A stretch of 64,000 nucleotides of DNA from Podarcis melisellensis (Eukaryota). The notes under the pieces were generated by a model. It was not told the DNA's origin. It worked only from the letters and a program-made list of their open reading frames with translations, and searched no databases. Both the position numbers and the translations under genes were made by a program. Below are positions 51,949 to 63,715 of this stretch, in pieces; position 1 is the stretch's first letter; each line of letters starts with the position of its first letter. The stretch lies in NCBI GenBank assembly GCA_964234715.1, contig OZ174276.1; one strand, 5' to 3'.

Positions 51949-52174
51949 CAGTGGTACCTCGGGTTACATATGCTTCAGGTTACAGACTCCGCTAACACAG
52001 AAATAGTACCTCGGATTAAGAACTTTGCTTCAGGATGAGAACAGAAATTGTGCTCCGGGGGCGTGGCAGCAGCAGGACACCCCATTAGCTAAAGTGCTGC
52101 TTCAGGTTAACAACAGTTTCAGGTTAAGAACAAGCCTCCAGAACGAATTAAGTACTTAACCCGAGGTACCACTG
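51949..52174. mobile_element. Tigger/pogo-type MITE, 226 bp
   Basis: Perfect 18-bp TIR CAGTGGTACCTCGGGTTA; TA on both sides. Confidence 0.92.
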
Positions 52175-52320
52175 TATATTGTAGAACATTTACAATCTGG
52201 GTTGTTAAGTAAAGGGAACAAGTGACACAAACACACACATAACTTTCAGTCTCAATACATATCAGCATGAAGATTCTTATCTGCGTCAACAATTATGGCC
52301 ACAATACTATGGGGTATATA

Positions 52321-53763
52321 CCGTATTTTTCGCACCATAGGGCGCACCGGACCATAGGGCGCACCCAGTTTTTAGGGGGGGAAATCAAGAAAAAAATCTT
52401 TCCCCCCCCCAGCCCCAAAGAGCAGCGTACAGGGTGTGCACAACCTCTCCCTGCCGGAGGGGTTGCGCACAGCTATGGAGCAAGCCAAGTTTTGGCTTCC
52501 CCTTTAGCCCCGCGCAGTGTCTCCTTGCGGAGGGGTTGCGCGCAGCTATGGAAGAAGGCAAGGCAGCGAGCGGGATGGATCCCGCTCGCTGTTTTGCCTT
52601 CCCCTTTAGCCCCGCGCAGCGTCTCCTTGCGGAGGGGTTGCGCGCAGCTATGGAAGAAGGCAAGGCAGCGAGCGGGATGGATCCCGCTCGCTGTTTTGCC
52701 TTCCCCTTTAGCCCCGCGCAGCGTCTCCTTGCGGAGGGGTTGCGCGCAGCTATGGAAGAAGGCAAGGCAGCGAGCGGGATGGATCCCGCTCGCTGTTTTG
52801 CCTTCCCCTTTAGCCCCGCGCAGCGTCTCCTTGCGGAGGGGTTGCGCGCAGCTATGGAAGAAGGCAAGGCAGCGAGCGGGATGGATCCCGCTCGCTGTTT
52901 TGCCTTCCCCTTTAGCCCCGCGCAGCCTCTCCTTGCGGAGGGGTTGCGCGCAGCTATGGAAGAAGGCAAGGCAGCGAGCGGGATGGATCCCGCTCGCTGT
53001 TTTGCCTTCCCCTTTAGCCCCGCGCAGCGTCTCCTTGCGGAGGGGTTGCGCGCAGCTATGGAAGAAGGCAAGGCAGCGAGCGGGATGGATCCCGCTCGCT
53101 GTTTTGCCTTCCCCTTTAGCCCCGCGCAGCGTCTCCTTGCGGAGGGGTTGCGCGCAGCTATGGAAGAAGGCAAGGCAGCGAGCGGGATGGATCCCGCTCG
53201 CTGTTTTGCCTTCCCCTTTAGCCCCGCGCAGCCTCTCCTTGCGGAGGGGTTGCGCGCAGCTATGGAAGAAGGCAAGGCAGCGAGCGGGATGGATCCCGCT
53301 CGCTGTTTTGCCTTCCCCTTTAGCCCCGCGCAGCCTCTCCTTGCCGGGAGATGCTGCGCAGGGCTTTCCTGGCTTTTCTGGGAGGTGGGGGAATTCCCCC
53401 ACCTCCCGCAAAACCGGGAGAAGCCGTGCGCACTTTAAAAGGGCTGCACGGCTTCTCCTGGCTTTCCTGGGAGGTGGGGGGATTTCCTCACCTCTCGCAA
53501 AAGCCCGCAGAAGCCGTGAGCTCTTTAAAGGGGCTGCGCGGCTTCTCCTGGCATTTCTGGGAGGTGGGGGAAGGGACTGATGCGGCCAGTCAGTCCCTTC
53601 TCCCTCCTGTGGAAAAGCCCGCAAGAGCGCACGGAGCTTGTGTGCGGCTCTTGGGGGCTTTTCCCGCCTGCCTCCCCCCCTGCATTCGCTCCATAGGACG
53701 CACACACATTTTCCCTTGCTTTTTAGGAGGGAAAAAGTGCGTCCTATGGTGCGAAAAATACGG
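52321..53763. mobile_element. pogo/Tc2-type MITE of the same family, 1443 bp, expanded by an internal tandem array
   Basis: TA|CCGTATTTTTCGCACCATAGG ... CCTATGGTGCGAAAAATACGG|TA; subterminal regions align with 42854-43392. Confidence 0.92.
52494..53344. repeat. GC-rich tandem array, 102-bp unit, about 8.3 copies
   Basis: GGATGGATCC recurs every 102 bp from 52573 to 53287; 34-aa periodicity in the ORF track. Confidence 0.95.
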
Positions 53764-54659
53764 TACTTTGCATATACTTTGAATAAAGGGTGAGATTTTC
53801 TGTATGTGCCTTTAAGAGGGTTAAAAATATCAAATGGCATAGAAAATAAAAACAAAGTAGAAGCACGAGTAAGTGTTTGGCTTTGTCTGTGTAACTCGAG
53901 CATGTGGTGTCAGACTCCTGGCCAAAGCTCGAGCTTGTTGGCTGCTTTCTGCTCTGTCTCCTCCAAAACACCCACCTTCCCTGGCTTCCCCTCTGGCTCT
54001 TGGGATGCATGTCGGGCTCCCTTCCTATACACAGTGTTAGGAAATCCAGGAATAGTTCAGGCTGTTGTTGGCAAGAACCAAAATCTGGCTTGTTCTTCCT
54101 CCGGTTGAGTCATGGAGAGACTGGCAACTCTGAAGGCAGACAGATTCCTAGTTCTTTCCCGCCCCCCAGATGTGCCCCTCTGTCCTTCTTTCTGTCCATG
54201 GAAGAATTGAAAGAGACAAGTTAATCTCTTTTAGCATGTTCTTTAATGTGCACAAACATGGTGGGTGTGTTTTAAGCAAGCCACTCGTCTTCTTTGCAAT
54301 GATTAGGGCTTAGTTCTCCAAAACAGCAGATGACAGGGTAGAACCTATGGTATATCGAGACAGCAGGTAAAGGCTCATATTACTGACTCCCCTTCCACAC
54401 TGCACACAGAAAATGAGAGGTCAGGATTCCACCCTAGCTCTAGTTTTCTGTGCATAAGCTATCTTGGGATTCTTCTCCAGTACATTCTACAGGATGTAAC
54501 TGAGCTTCCTCTTTCTACCCCTGCAATGGCTTGCTTTAATGGTGTTGTTTACAAGGCAGAAGTAGAACGCTATCAGGAAATGTTTCCAGAGCCCAGATAA
54601 GTGGGACTCTTGAATTAGTTGTAGCAATATTGTGCTATCTCGGTTCTGATGTTCCACAG

Positions 54660-54742
54660 TCTGTACTGTTTTAATGTTGTTAGCCGCCCTGAGCCCGGCT
54701 TCGGCTGGGGAGGGCGGGATATAAATAAAACTTATTATTATT
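54660..54742 (+). mobile_element. Short, well-preserved L2-type 3' end
   Basis: tgttagccgccctgagcccggcttcggctggggagggcgggatataaataaa followed by (TTA)n. Confidence 0.7.
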
Positions 54743-54878
54743 TAGCAGAACAGTGAGAGTGAGATCTAGATTTTGAAGATTGTAGTGGGTTCAACTCTCT
54801 CCTACAACCCACTCTCCTGCCAGATAATGATGGCTGGGAAAGAAAAGTGTAGTGCTGCTTATTTCAGAGGGCAAATAG

Positions 54879-54910
<32 letters not shown>
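54879..54910. repeat. (GAT)n microsatellite
   Basis: Read directly. Confidence 0.95.
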
Positions 54911-54912
<2 letters not shown>

Positions 54913-56932
54913 TCAAAATACAATAAAACAGTCACAGCAATTAAACATTAACGTGAAGCAGCAGCAGAGCAGATAAAATATTAATATTGTTAAAGATAGA
55001 ACAAAGTTGTTTTATTCATTTATGTTGCTTTTAATATAGTTTTTTGTTTTTGCAAGCTTCTTGAACTATATGAGGAAAAGTGGGGTATATAGTTACCTAA
55101 CAATCTTTGGGATCATTTATGTGGGAATCAGCATTGCGCACAGTGGTTGTGGGAGACTTTTGTCTTGATAAATTATTGGCTCATAGTGTGAAGTTTCATT
55201 TTGACTCAGTCAAAACCTGTGCACCATGTTGTTTCCAATCTCCCACAAATCTTGCTTACTAAGGAAGGCAGGCCTGCATTTCCTGAAGCAGAAATGCACC
55301 TCTCTCCTACATGTGAGTTTCTTTTGTCAGTGCAGGCACCTGGAGGGTTAAATAATCTCTCCCTGCTTCCCCCTACTCCACACCCAAATCAGAAGTAACT
55401 CATTTCCAAAAGGAGCCAGGGCAGAGAAATGCAAATAAGTGTTTCGGACAGCTGCAGGCTGTATGCCTTCCTGAGATGCCAGTGCCCCAAATGAGACATG
55501 TCAGAGTACAAATTGAAAATGCCAATTTCACTTACTCTGCCACGCTGCTCGTCACAGCTAAATCCTTCTCTGCGCCCCTCCCCCCACACTTCCCACTTAC
55601 CGAATGATGGGTGCTTCTCCTTAATGTAAATCTCCCTGACTTCTTGGGTTATTTCTGCAGTGGGTCTCTTCAGCCAGTCTTAGTGGGACACAGCTACAAA
55701 GGAATGGGAGGGGAAAAGGTACACAGAAACTCTTCCCTCATCCATATTATCTGAATGTCAGTTATCTTCTAGTGATCCATATTTAACTCCTGTACTGCGT
55801 AAAGGCCTTATTCATGTGAGCTTACAGTACCTGTACCCCCATTTATCTGAACTTCTGGTTGTTTCGGCGCTGCCCAGCCCATTTGTATAAAAAAAAATTC
55901 TGGAATTTGTGTGAAGTTGCTTGGAATGCACTGGGTATATGTTTATCTAGGTACAGATGTAAATATAAACAGTGACTAACAGATTACTTTTTTAGAACGG
56001 AACATTTCGCCTCCTGCCTTCCTCATTTGCCCAGCTGCGAATTCAAGTCCACTGGGCCAGAATTCCCCCCCCTTGTTTCCAGTGTTCTTGGATCGGGTGG
56101 CATTGCAATTGCAATAATGGATAAATCAGCGAGGGGGTGTGGCTATCTGAATGGAAGTGTTTTCCAATTGGTTGTTGCATCCCCCCCCACAAGATTGGCT
56201 GTGTGAAATTCTAAAGCATTTGTGTGCATCAGTTGCTGTTTTTAAGATGGAAAATAAGAAAGGAGGGAATCCAGGTGTTTGAAATAATGTTCATTCCAGG
56301 CCCAATGTGTTTTGGAACAAATCCATCCTTGGGGGCACATTTTTAGCAGTGTTTTGCAGTAGTAAGAGTCCTCATGCATTTGGTGAAAATTGCTTATAAA
56401 ACTGTGCCCCTGAGCAAAGCTTTCTTCCCAAACATGTCAGTCCTGAAATAAATCATATTTCAAACTCCTGGAGAGTCTCCTAAACGTATATGTGTACATA
56501 CACAAACATGTAATTTTCTTCTAGAGGTGCTTCCCCAGTTTTAACGGCTGGTTTCCTTCAGTTATCATTTCACCTATGTACTGAACATTCACAGTCAATG
56601 ATGTAAATTAAATTGCTGGACCTGGCAGTGAACTTTTTGTTTGATATACTAAGTCATAGTATATCATGGTTATAGCCAGTCATGGTGCTCATGAAGTAAC
56701 TGTCTCCAGGAGATAAAACACAGGTAATGCTGGGTTGTATCCAACGTTAGGCATACTCAGATCTAACCCTTAAAATGAACAAACATGACTAGCTTAGGTC
56801 TACAAATTTCTATGGGTCAATCTTACTAAAGCTTAGCTGGATGCAACCTAGTACATTTGAATCCTTCCACGATCCAGAGCAAACTCGTCTGAAGTGCAGT
56901 TTGATGCTTTGAAAACCACCTCTCTGGATGTA

Positions 56933-57293
56933 AAGGTAAAGGTACCCCTGCCCGTATGGGCCAGTCATGTCCGACTCTAGGGTTGTGTGCCCATCTCACT
57001 TAAGAGGCTGGGGGCCAGCGCTGTCCAGAGACACTTCCGGGTCACGTGGCCAGCGTGATGAAGCTGCTCTGGCGAGCCAGCACCAGCGCAGCACACGGAA
57101 ATGCCGTTTACCTTCCCACTATAAAGCGGTACCTATTTATCTACTTGCACTTAAGAGTGCTTTCGAAGTGCTAGGTGGACAGGAGCTGGGACTGAACGAC
57201 GGGAGCTCACCCCGCCGTGGGGATTCGAACCACCAACCATATGATCGGCAAGTCCTAGGCACTGAGGTTTTACCCACAGTGCCACCCGCGTCT
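56933..57293 (-). mobile_element. Sauria SINE (lacertid POM-like), full length
   Basis: Reverse-complement homologue of 49426-49790; 13-bp TSD CTCTCTGGATGTA (56920-56932, 57294-57306). Confidence 0.93.
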
Positions 57294-59432
57294 CTCTCTG
57301 GATGTACATGCACACAATTCAAGGTGCTGGGGAAGGAAGGGCTCAGTTTGTTTAGAACATTAAATGAACAGTGGACTTTTGCATAGATCTTGGAATAACA
57401 TTGATGGCTTGTGCAAAAGCATCATTTTGAAGAAGGCACTCCCTTGTGTGAGCAGAAGTTTTGCTCAGTCATGTCATCTGTCCTTTTTTTTTAATGCTAA
57501 AGTTACATTTTTTAAAAATTGAAAAATAATAATTACCTTTTAAAAATGTAAAGTGCTCTTTTATGCATATTATTGTGAGCATTCTAGGTTGAATTTTGTT
57601 TTTATAGTTGTATTGAAATGTTTTTGTAAGTCAAAACTTAGGGAAATGACAAATACATATAGATCACCATCATCTGCCTTGGGAGTTTTTATTGAAGGAT
57701 GGTATAAAAGCATATTAAAGAAATTAGTTCCTGAATGGGAACTTTGGCTGATACACTTATTTTCTCCTTCAAAATTATTGTGCAGGATAGACTGTCATGT
57801 TCAACACCTTAGGGCAGCTAAATTTTACTGATTAGACCATACTTATATACAGTGAATGTCTTACTATATACAGTATTGCCTATGTTGCACTCTGTGAAAT
57901 TGAAGGAGCGTGATGTAAACAAATAATCTGTAAAGTAGTTATGCCCTACTGTTTGTAATGGGATTATTTTGTGATTGGTTGTCCTATGAGAAACACCCTG
58001 GTCTTTTCTCAGGAGCTCGGCCTTTCTCTGGTGGGTTTCTTACGCTAGTTCTGTACTTCCACCTGAGCGCTTTACACTGTAAAGCATTCAACCAAAAATG
58101 CAAAACCAGAGTCCCTTCTGTTTCTTTGCGCTTATCACTGAATTAAGCACAAAATAGGCTTTGAAGGAAGCTGAGGCGTGGCAGCTTCTACCTTCTTTGA
58201 GTGGCAGGAGGATGTGGAGAAAGGTTGCTTGGGGGCACGGATATGCGGGGAGGGGAGGGGACCATACACACTGCCTTCATCTTTCACTTCTCTGTGTCCT
58301 CATCAAGGCAGACTCAGTGCCATGGGCTGAGGGTAGGTGGGTGGGGTGGAGTGGGGGGGGGAAAGGATCCAAGGCACAGGGAGAGCTGATTCTCCAGTGT
58401 CCATAGCTCCCTAACAAACTCCAGCAAGCCATGAATCTTTCATTTAATCTCTCCTGACACGCCTGTCATTTTCTCCGGAGAGAAGCGGAGAATCTCTCGC
58501 CGAAGGAGGTCATTAGCTGTCAGGGAAGGTTCCGACTGCCTTCCTGTCTCTGTATCGATTAAGCCTCCACATGCGCGCAGGCACTGTGGAGGGAATATTG
58601 ATGGGGCTGCCAGAAGTTTGGCTTGGGCTAGAGATTGGGTGTATCTTTTCACTGGGTGGGAGGGACAAGGGCTCGTGGGGCTGCTTGATGAAGATATAAC
58701 CCCAAATTTGTCTGCCTCTACAACTCTGCCCTCACAGAGCTATTGTCCGCCTTAGGCTCTTGCTTTTTCGTTTTCTGTGTGGGAGCTTTATTTCCCTATA
58801 CCCTAGGAAAGGCAGAATCTAATATTGCCAGCTCTGGAGAGCAGAGAGTGATGACTCCAGCTGCTGCTTAGTTTGAGATATCACTGTCACTCAGTTTGTA
58901 CAGTTCACCAGAAAATCCTCCTCCTTTCATTGGAGGAGCAGGTTCAACATGAACACTGAATGTTAATCAGAATCAAATGATTAGCATGTTTAGTTTTTAT
59001 TATATATCACCATAGTGACAATATTGTACAAGGGCTGTACACTATTGGAGGGGTTCTGAAAGCCACTTAGCCCACAGTGAGTGTATGCCAGCAGTGTTTT
59101 TTTTTTTTTTAAGTACAAATTCTTCACCCAGGTAACCTAATTCCTGTGCCAAGAGAAGCTGGAGTCTGTAATGCAAATAAATTATGCACATGACGTAACT
59201 TCAAATAGATTTGCTTATTTCCCACCAGTGATTCTGTTTCTGCTAGCTGTAGGAGAGGCAGAAGAGCTATACGAAAGCATATCCAAACTCTTGCAATATT
59301 GTCTGTGCAAGTAAGAAGATTTGCAGGGGGAGGCTCTTGAGGTGCATTGGATTCCAGACTCCAATTCCTTTTCCTCAGAAAAGGCCTTCCGTCTGGCAGA
59401 ATTCTAGGAAGCAGCTGGGAGCTGGAAATGTA

Positions 59433-59683
59433 CCGTATTTTTCGCTCTATAGGACGCACCAGACCATAAGACGCACCTAGTTTTTGGAGGAGGAAAAAAA
59501 AAATTCTGAATCTCAGAAGCCAGAACAGCAAGAGGGATCGCTGCGCAGTGAAAGCAGCAATCCCTCTTGCTGTTCTGGCTTCTGGGATAGCTGCGCAGCC
59601 TGCATTCACTCCATAAGACGCACACACATTTCCCCTTAATTTTTAGGAGAGAAAAAGTGAGTCTTATAGAGCAAAAAATACCG
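59433..59683. mobile_element. pogo/Tc2-type MITE of the same family, 251 bp
   Basis: TA|CCGTATTTTTCGCTCTATAGGAC ... GTCTTATAGAGCAAAAAATACCG|TA; one long internal hairpin. Confidence 0.88.
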
Positions 59684-59924
59684 TAAGTGCTGCTTTTGGA
59701 GAGGGGGAGGCCCTTGGATATTGGAGACTTTGTATTTGACTAGAGTGTCTTGCTTGGGACGTGTCGTCATCCCTGGCAACCACAGATCCAGATGGGTACA
59801 CTTAGAACGAGCCAGAAGAATGCAAAGCTCCCCTGTGGTCTGTGGTCTGATTCCTGATGTATATCTGTTTCTTTCTGTCTGAGGGTGCCTAATGGACTCT
59901 TTTCTCTTGTGTTTCCTCTGGCAG

Positions 59925-60021
59925 TATTCCTATGAAGGGAATGGCATCAGTGACCTCCCGGTGAACCTTTCCGTGGTATGGAATGGGAACTTCATCATTG
60001 ACAATCCCCAGAACATCCAGG
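59925..60021 (+). CDS. PLXNA1: Plexin-A1 coding exon: [32 protein letters not shown](A)
   Basis: Acceptor tttcctctggcag|TAT, donor CAG G|gtaagc; 97 nt, phase 0-1; absent from the ORF track, read by eye; continues the frame of the previous exon. Confidence 0.93.
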
Positions 60022-60642
60022 GTAAGCTGATGAAGTCGGGTGGGGTGGAGCACCCTTAGCAAGATACAGCAGGAGTTCCCTGCAATGAACTGCTTCTGCA
60101 TTCCACTTCTGAGCCATCCACCTCAGGGCCAGACTGACACCAGTGCACCCCTACAGGTGTCGAATCAAATATTATGCTAGCCTGAGCAAACAAGCTTTCT
60201 AACACAGAGCAAAGTTAGAAGTGGTGGTCTGGGGATTACTGGTTTCTCTCCTGCCCATCAAAGCGCCTTGACCCTCCAAACGCGGTGTACTTGCTCCGAA
60301 ACATTTTCTCGGTAGTGTGCTGTCCTTGTAAACATGCCCAGCCATTCAATAACTCGTTTGAGACTTAAATGCACGTTCACTTCCTAGACATAAAATGAAA
60401 TCACCTTGAAGGCTGCTTTACGATCCTGGCTCCCGCTGCAAGGAACTTAGGACATGATAGTTAGGTTAGTTCTGTAATGGGCAAAGATTATTTCACACAC
60501 ACACACACACACCAAATAAATTCACAACATTCTTACAAAATCGTAAACCTCAGAGTTATTTGGGGAAGCCGTGACAACTATGCCAGTTCAAACCACTTGT
60601 AATTTGTGACCCTGATTGTGGCTTTCAGCTGAGATCCTAGCA

Positions 60643-60780
60643 CAGGGAAAGGCAATGTTGTGCCTTTCATATGTTGGTGGATTGCAATTCCCAGCATCCC
60701 TGGCCACCATAGCCATAGCCTGGGGATGATGAGAGTTGTAGTCCAGCAGCATGTGGAGGGCACCACTGGGTTATCCCTTC
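60643..60780. mobile_element. Short foldback hAT-like MITE; related degraded copies near 2770-2880, 7058-7250, 28608-28735, 44595-44705, 51530-51640 and 61688-61760
   Basis: Shared quasi-palindrome ...gatgttgtggactacaa(c/t)tcccatcatccc...gggatgatgggagttgtagtcca...catctggagg, recurring across the window. Confidence 0.65.
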
Positions 60781-61044
60781 ATTAGTGGATAGGCATTTGC
60801 ATCATAAACAAATCCTTTGCTGTCTGTATTCAGTAGTGAAAGCTGAAAACTATATAGGCAGTGAATACTGTCAAAACTGGCCTGATACGACAAAGCATAT
60901 GGAAGGTGGTAGACCCTGAGGTCCTTTAGTGGGCATTGTCAACAATTACCCATCAGAGGGGGAATCTGTGTAGCAGTTCTGTCCCCACCCCACTCCCCAA
61001 CTTCTTTTTGAATGTAAGCAGGGATTTGTGTTTTCTTCTTGCAG

Positions 61045-61235
61045 CTCACCTATACAAGTGCTCAGCTCTGCGCGAAAGCTGTGGGCTGTGCCTCAAGGCA
61101 GATCCACGCTTCGAGTGTGGCTGGTGTGTGTCAGAAAAGCGATGTTCCCTGCGCCAACATTGCCCAGCCTCTGAGAGCAGCTGGATGCATGCCAGCAATG
61201 GCAATAGCCGCTGTGCGGACCCCAAAATCATTAAG
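61045..61235 (+). CDS. PLXNA1: Plexin-A1 coding exon (third PSI domain): (A)[63 protein letters not shown]
   Basis: Acceptor ttttcttcttgcag|CT completes G|CT (Ala) with the previous exon; donor AAG|gtatgc; 191 nt; PSI cysteine pattern C..C...CGWC....C....C. Confidence 0.95.
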
Positions 61236-63134
61236 GTATGCTTGTGAAGGGTAAGCAGGGGGGAGGTTTTTCTTCTTCTCCCCTATCCTCAGTGCTGAAT
61301 GGGAAATCGCCTATGGTGGAGGGTACGTGGTGGTGGGCAGTTCTGAAGTATTTTAAGGCATGGCCGGCCTAGCTACCAGCGTATGCAGTGTTCTTGTAGC
61401 ATATGATACAAGATGTAGTATTCTCCTGACACTTTCTTTGTTCAGACACCAATAACTGGTGTGAAGCCTTCTTCCCACCAACCAGTGAGTGCTCAATGAA
61501 CATTAGCGAGCAGAATTAGTGTCTCCTGTGATATGCCGCTGATGGGGCAATGCAGCGGTGATTGTAATGGAGAATCAGTGGGAAATGGTTCAGTGGTCAG
61601 AGTTGGATGGAGCTATCCTGTCTTCTGTTCCTAACCCCAATTGACATTTCCCCCACTTCCAGATTCTCCTTGTTCTCCTCCATCTATAGCAGGGATGGGG
61701 AAACCATGGCCCTCCAGGCATTGCTAGAATTACAACTCTCATCATGGTCAGTGGTCACTGTTTCGCCATTCTTGATCTATAGAAGCATGGTCGTTTTGGA
61801 ATCTGTTACTGTGGCTTAGGTTTTCGATGTCAACGTTTTGCTCTTAATGGGTATTGTTATATATGTTGTGAAAATCAGGCAAAGTGTACGCTTTTAAATA
61901 AGACATAAATAGGATGGAGATGAATAATATCAGGTGACACTTGTGACCTGTGCAAGTTCATTGGCCAGTGCTGGTGAAGACAGGCATTTCAAAGAGGGGT
62001 TGGAGTCAGAGTCACCGCATTAGGAGAGGGCTTTGTTTCCAGGACTGATGATACTTACTGAAATTTCGCTTAGAATGACTTTCTGTCGACTTACTACAAC
62101 AGGCAGAGTAGTAGGAGTATATTTTTTTGGCTTGCATACCTCTTTCTTTCTCTCCTGTGTTGACAGTGAATGTTTGATTCCCATTCTGGCCTGTTACACA
62201 GGATTCCTAGCAAATAGGATTCTGGAAGAAGATGAGGTTTGGTGTGTCGTGGATTCCTCACCCCCCACCCGGTTGTGTTCACAGTTTTTAGCCACCCATC
62301 TTTTCACTTCCTTAAGACTGGTTGTTTATCATCCCTCTTCTCTTGACAGCTGCTATGACCTTCATTTAATAAGATTGTGTATATTAATGTTAACATGTCG
62401 GTTGGGCCAGGCTCCAAGTGCATTAGCAGGGATTGGCAGGTAATTCTATTTGATATGTTCTATTTACCCATATACTGCAAGCCAGGCAGGCCTTGGTGGT
62501 GTTAATTACCAGAGTCTTAGCACAGTATCTCATCTATTTGGGTTTCAGTGTCTTATCTGTTGAAGGCTGGAAATTAGAGTAGTGCCTCTTGCACTCCCCA
62601 AAGCTAGTTGCTTCTTATTGCTGATTGGCATGGTGGGGCCCTGCGCTGTGTTTGCCAAGGCCTTCACTCTTTGGAAGCCCCCAGCCCACCACAAAATCTG
62701 ATGGGAGAGAGCCTGCCTAATTAGTGTCTGCATCTTCTATAAAAAGAAGTAATGACTAACACTGGAGATGGGAGGTGGGGGAATGACAGGGGAGTCTTAC
62801 CATCTCAAATCACGTAAGTTATATTACAGATTTCTAATGGAATAGTATTTAGCATTTATACAGTGCTTTAGGGTGCTCAGGATGTTTCAAATACAGTGGC
62901 CGGATACTATTTATTTTATTATATTTTTATACCGCTTTTCAGACAAATTGTCTCTTCCAAAGCAGCTCTCATCAATTAAAGAGAGAGGGAAGAAGAGAGA
63001 GAGAGAGATGGGGAGCCTTCCATCAGGCTTCCAAACTTAAAAAAATAAATAAGAAGGAACACAAAGAAAAGGGAGGTGGAGGGAAAAGGTAGAGCAAGGG
63101 ATATCATTTTGACAGTACTACAGCAAGGTGGTGA

Positions 63135-63560
63135 GTTGTAAATAGGCATTTATTTGATTGTGGGTTGTGTTTATGAGATGACTCATAAACTAAATTCTCC
63201 AGGTGGCAAGCAGAGATTGAAAACACAACAATAAAACCACACTACAATAAAACCCACAGTAAGATTAAGAGACATAAAAGCAAAGTACAAAACCAGCACA
63301 ATAAAATGCCACAGACAGCACAGAACTAAAACAGCCATCAGATGCATGCGCTAAAGCCACCATATGCCTCAGGACTTAAAGTCTGATCTTAAAAGACCTG
63401 GGAGAATAGAAAAGTCTTAGCCTGGTGCTAAAAAGGCAGCAATGTCGGTGCCCGGCAAGCTACCCTAGGGAGAGTATTCCTTAGTCAAGGGCTGCCTCCA
63501 GAAAGTCCCTCCTTTGTTTCTACCCTCCAAGCTTCACATTGAGAAGCTAAACAGAGAGGG
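63135..63560 (-). mobile_element. L2-type LINE 3' fragment
   Basis: aaagacctgggagaatagaaaagtcttagcctggtgctaaaa...aatgtcggtgcccggcaagctaccctagggagagtattcc; ends approximate. Confidence 0.6.
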
Positions 63561-63715
63561 GAATATAGCCATTGTGACTAGTAGCAATTGATAGCCTTGT
63601 CCTCCATGAATGTGTCTGAACCTCTTTTAAAGCCATCCAAGTTGGTGGCCATTACTACTTCCTGTGGGAATACATTCCGTAGTTTAAGTATTCACTGTGT
63701 GAAGAACTGCATCTC
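63560..63715 (-). mobile_element. CR1 LINE 3' fragment
   Basis: gatagccttgtcctccatgaatgtgtctgaacctcttttaaagccatccaag...cactgtgtgaagaa matches the recalled reverse complement of the squamate CR1 ORF2 end. Confidence 0.7.

Noticed and set aside
52494-53344. CRISPR-like look of regularly spaced palindromes
   Set aside because: No unique spacers, no cas genes, and a vertebrate intron context; it is a tandem repeat.
52267-53903. Four long overlapping ORFs (296-476 aa) on both strands
   Set aside because: They result from a GC-rich 102-bp tandem unit inside a MITE that lacks stops in four frames; no domain content.
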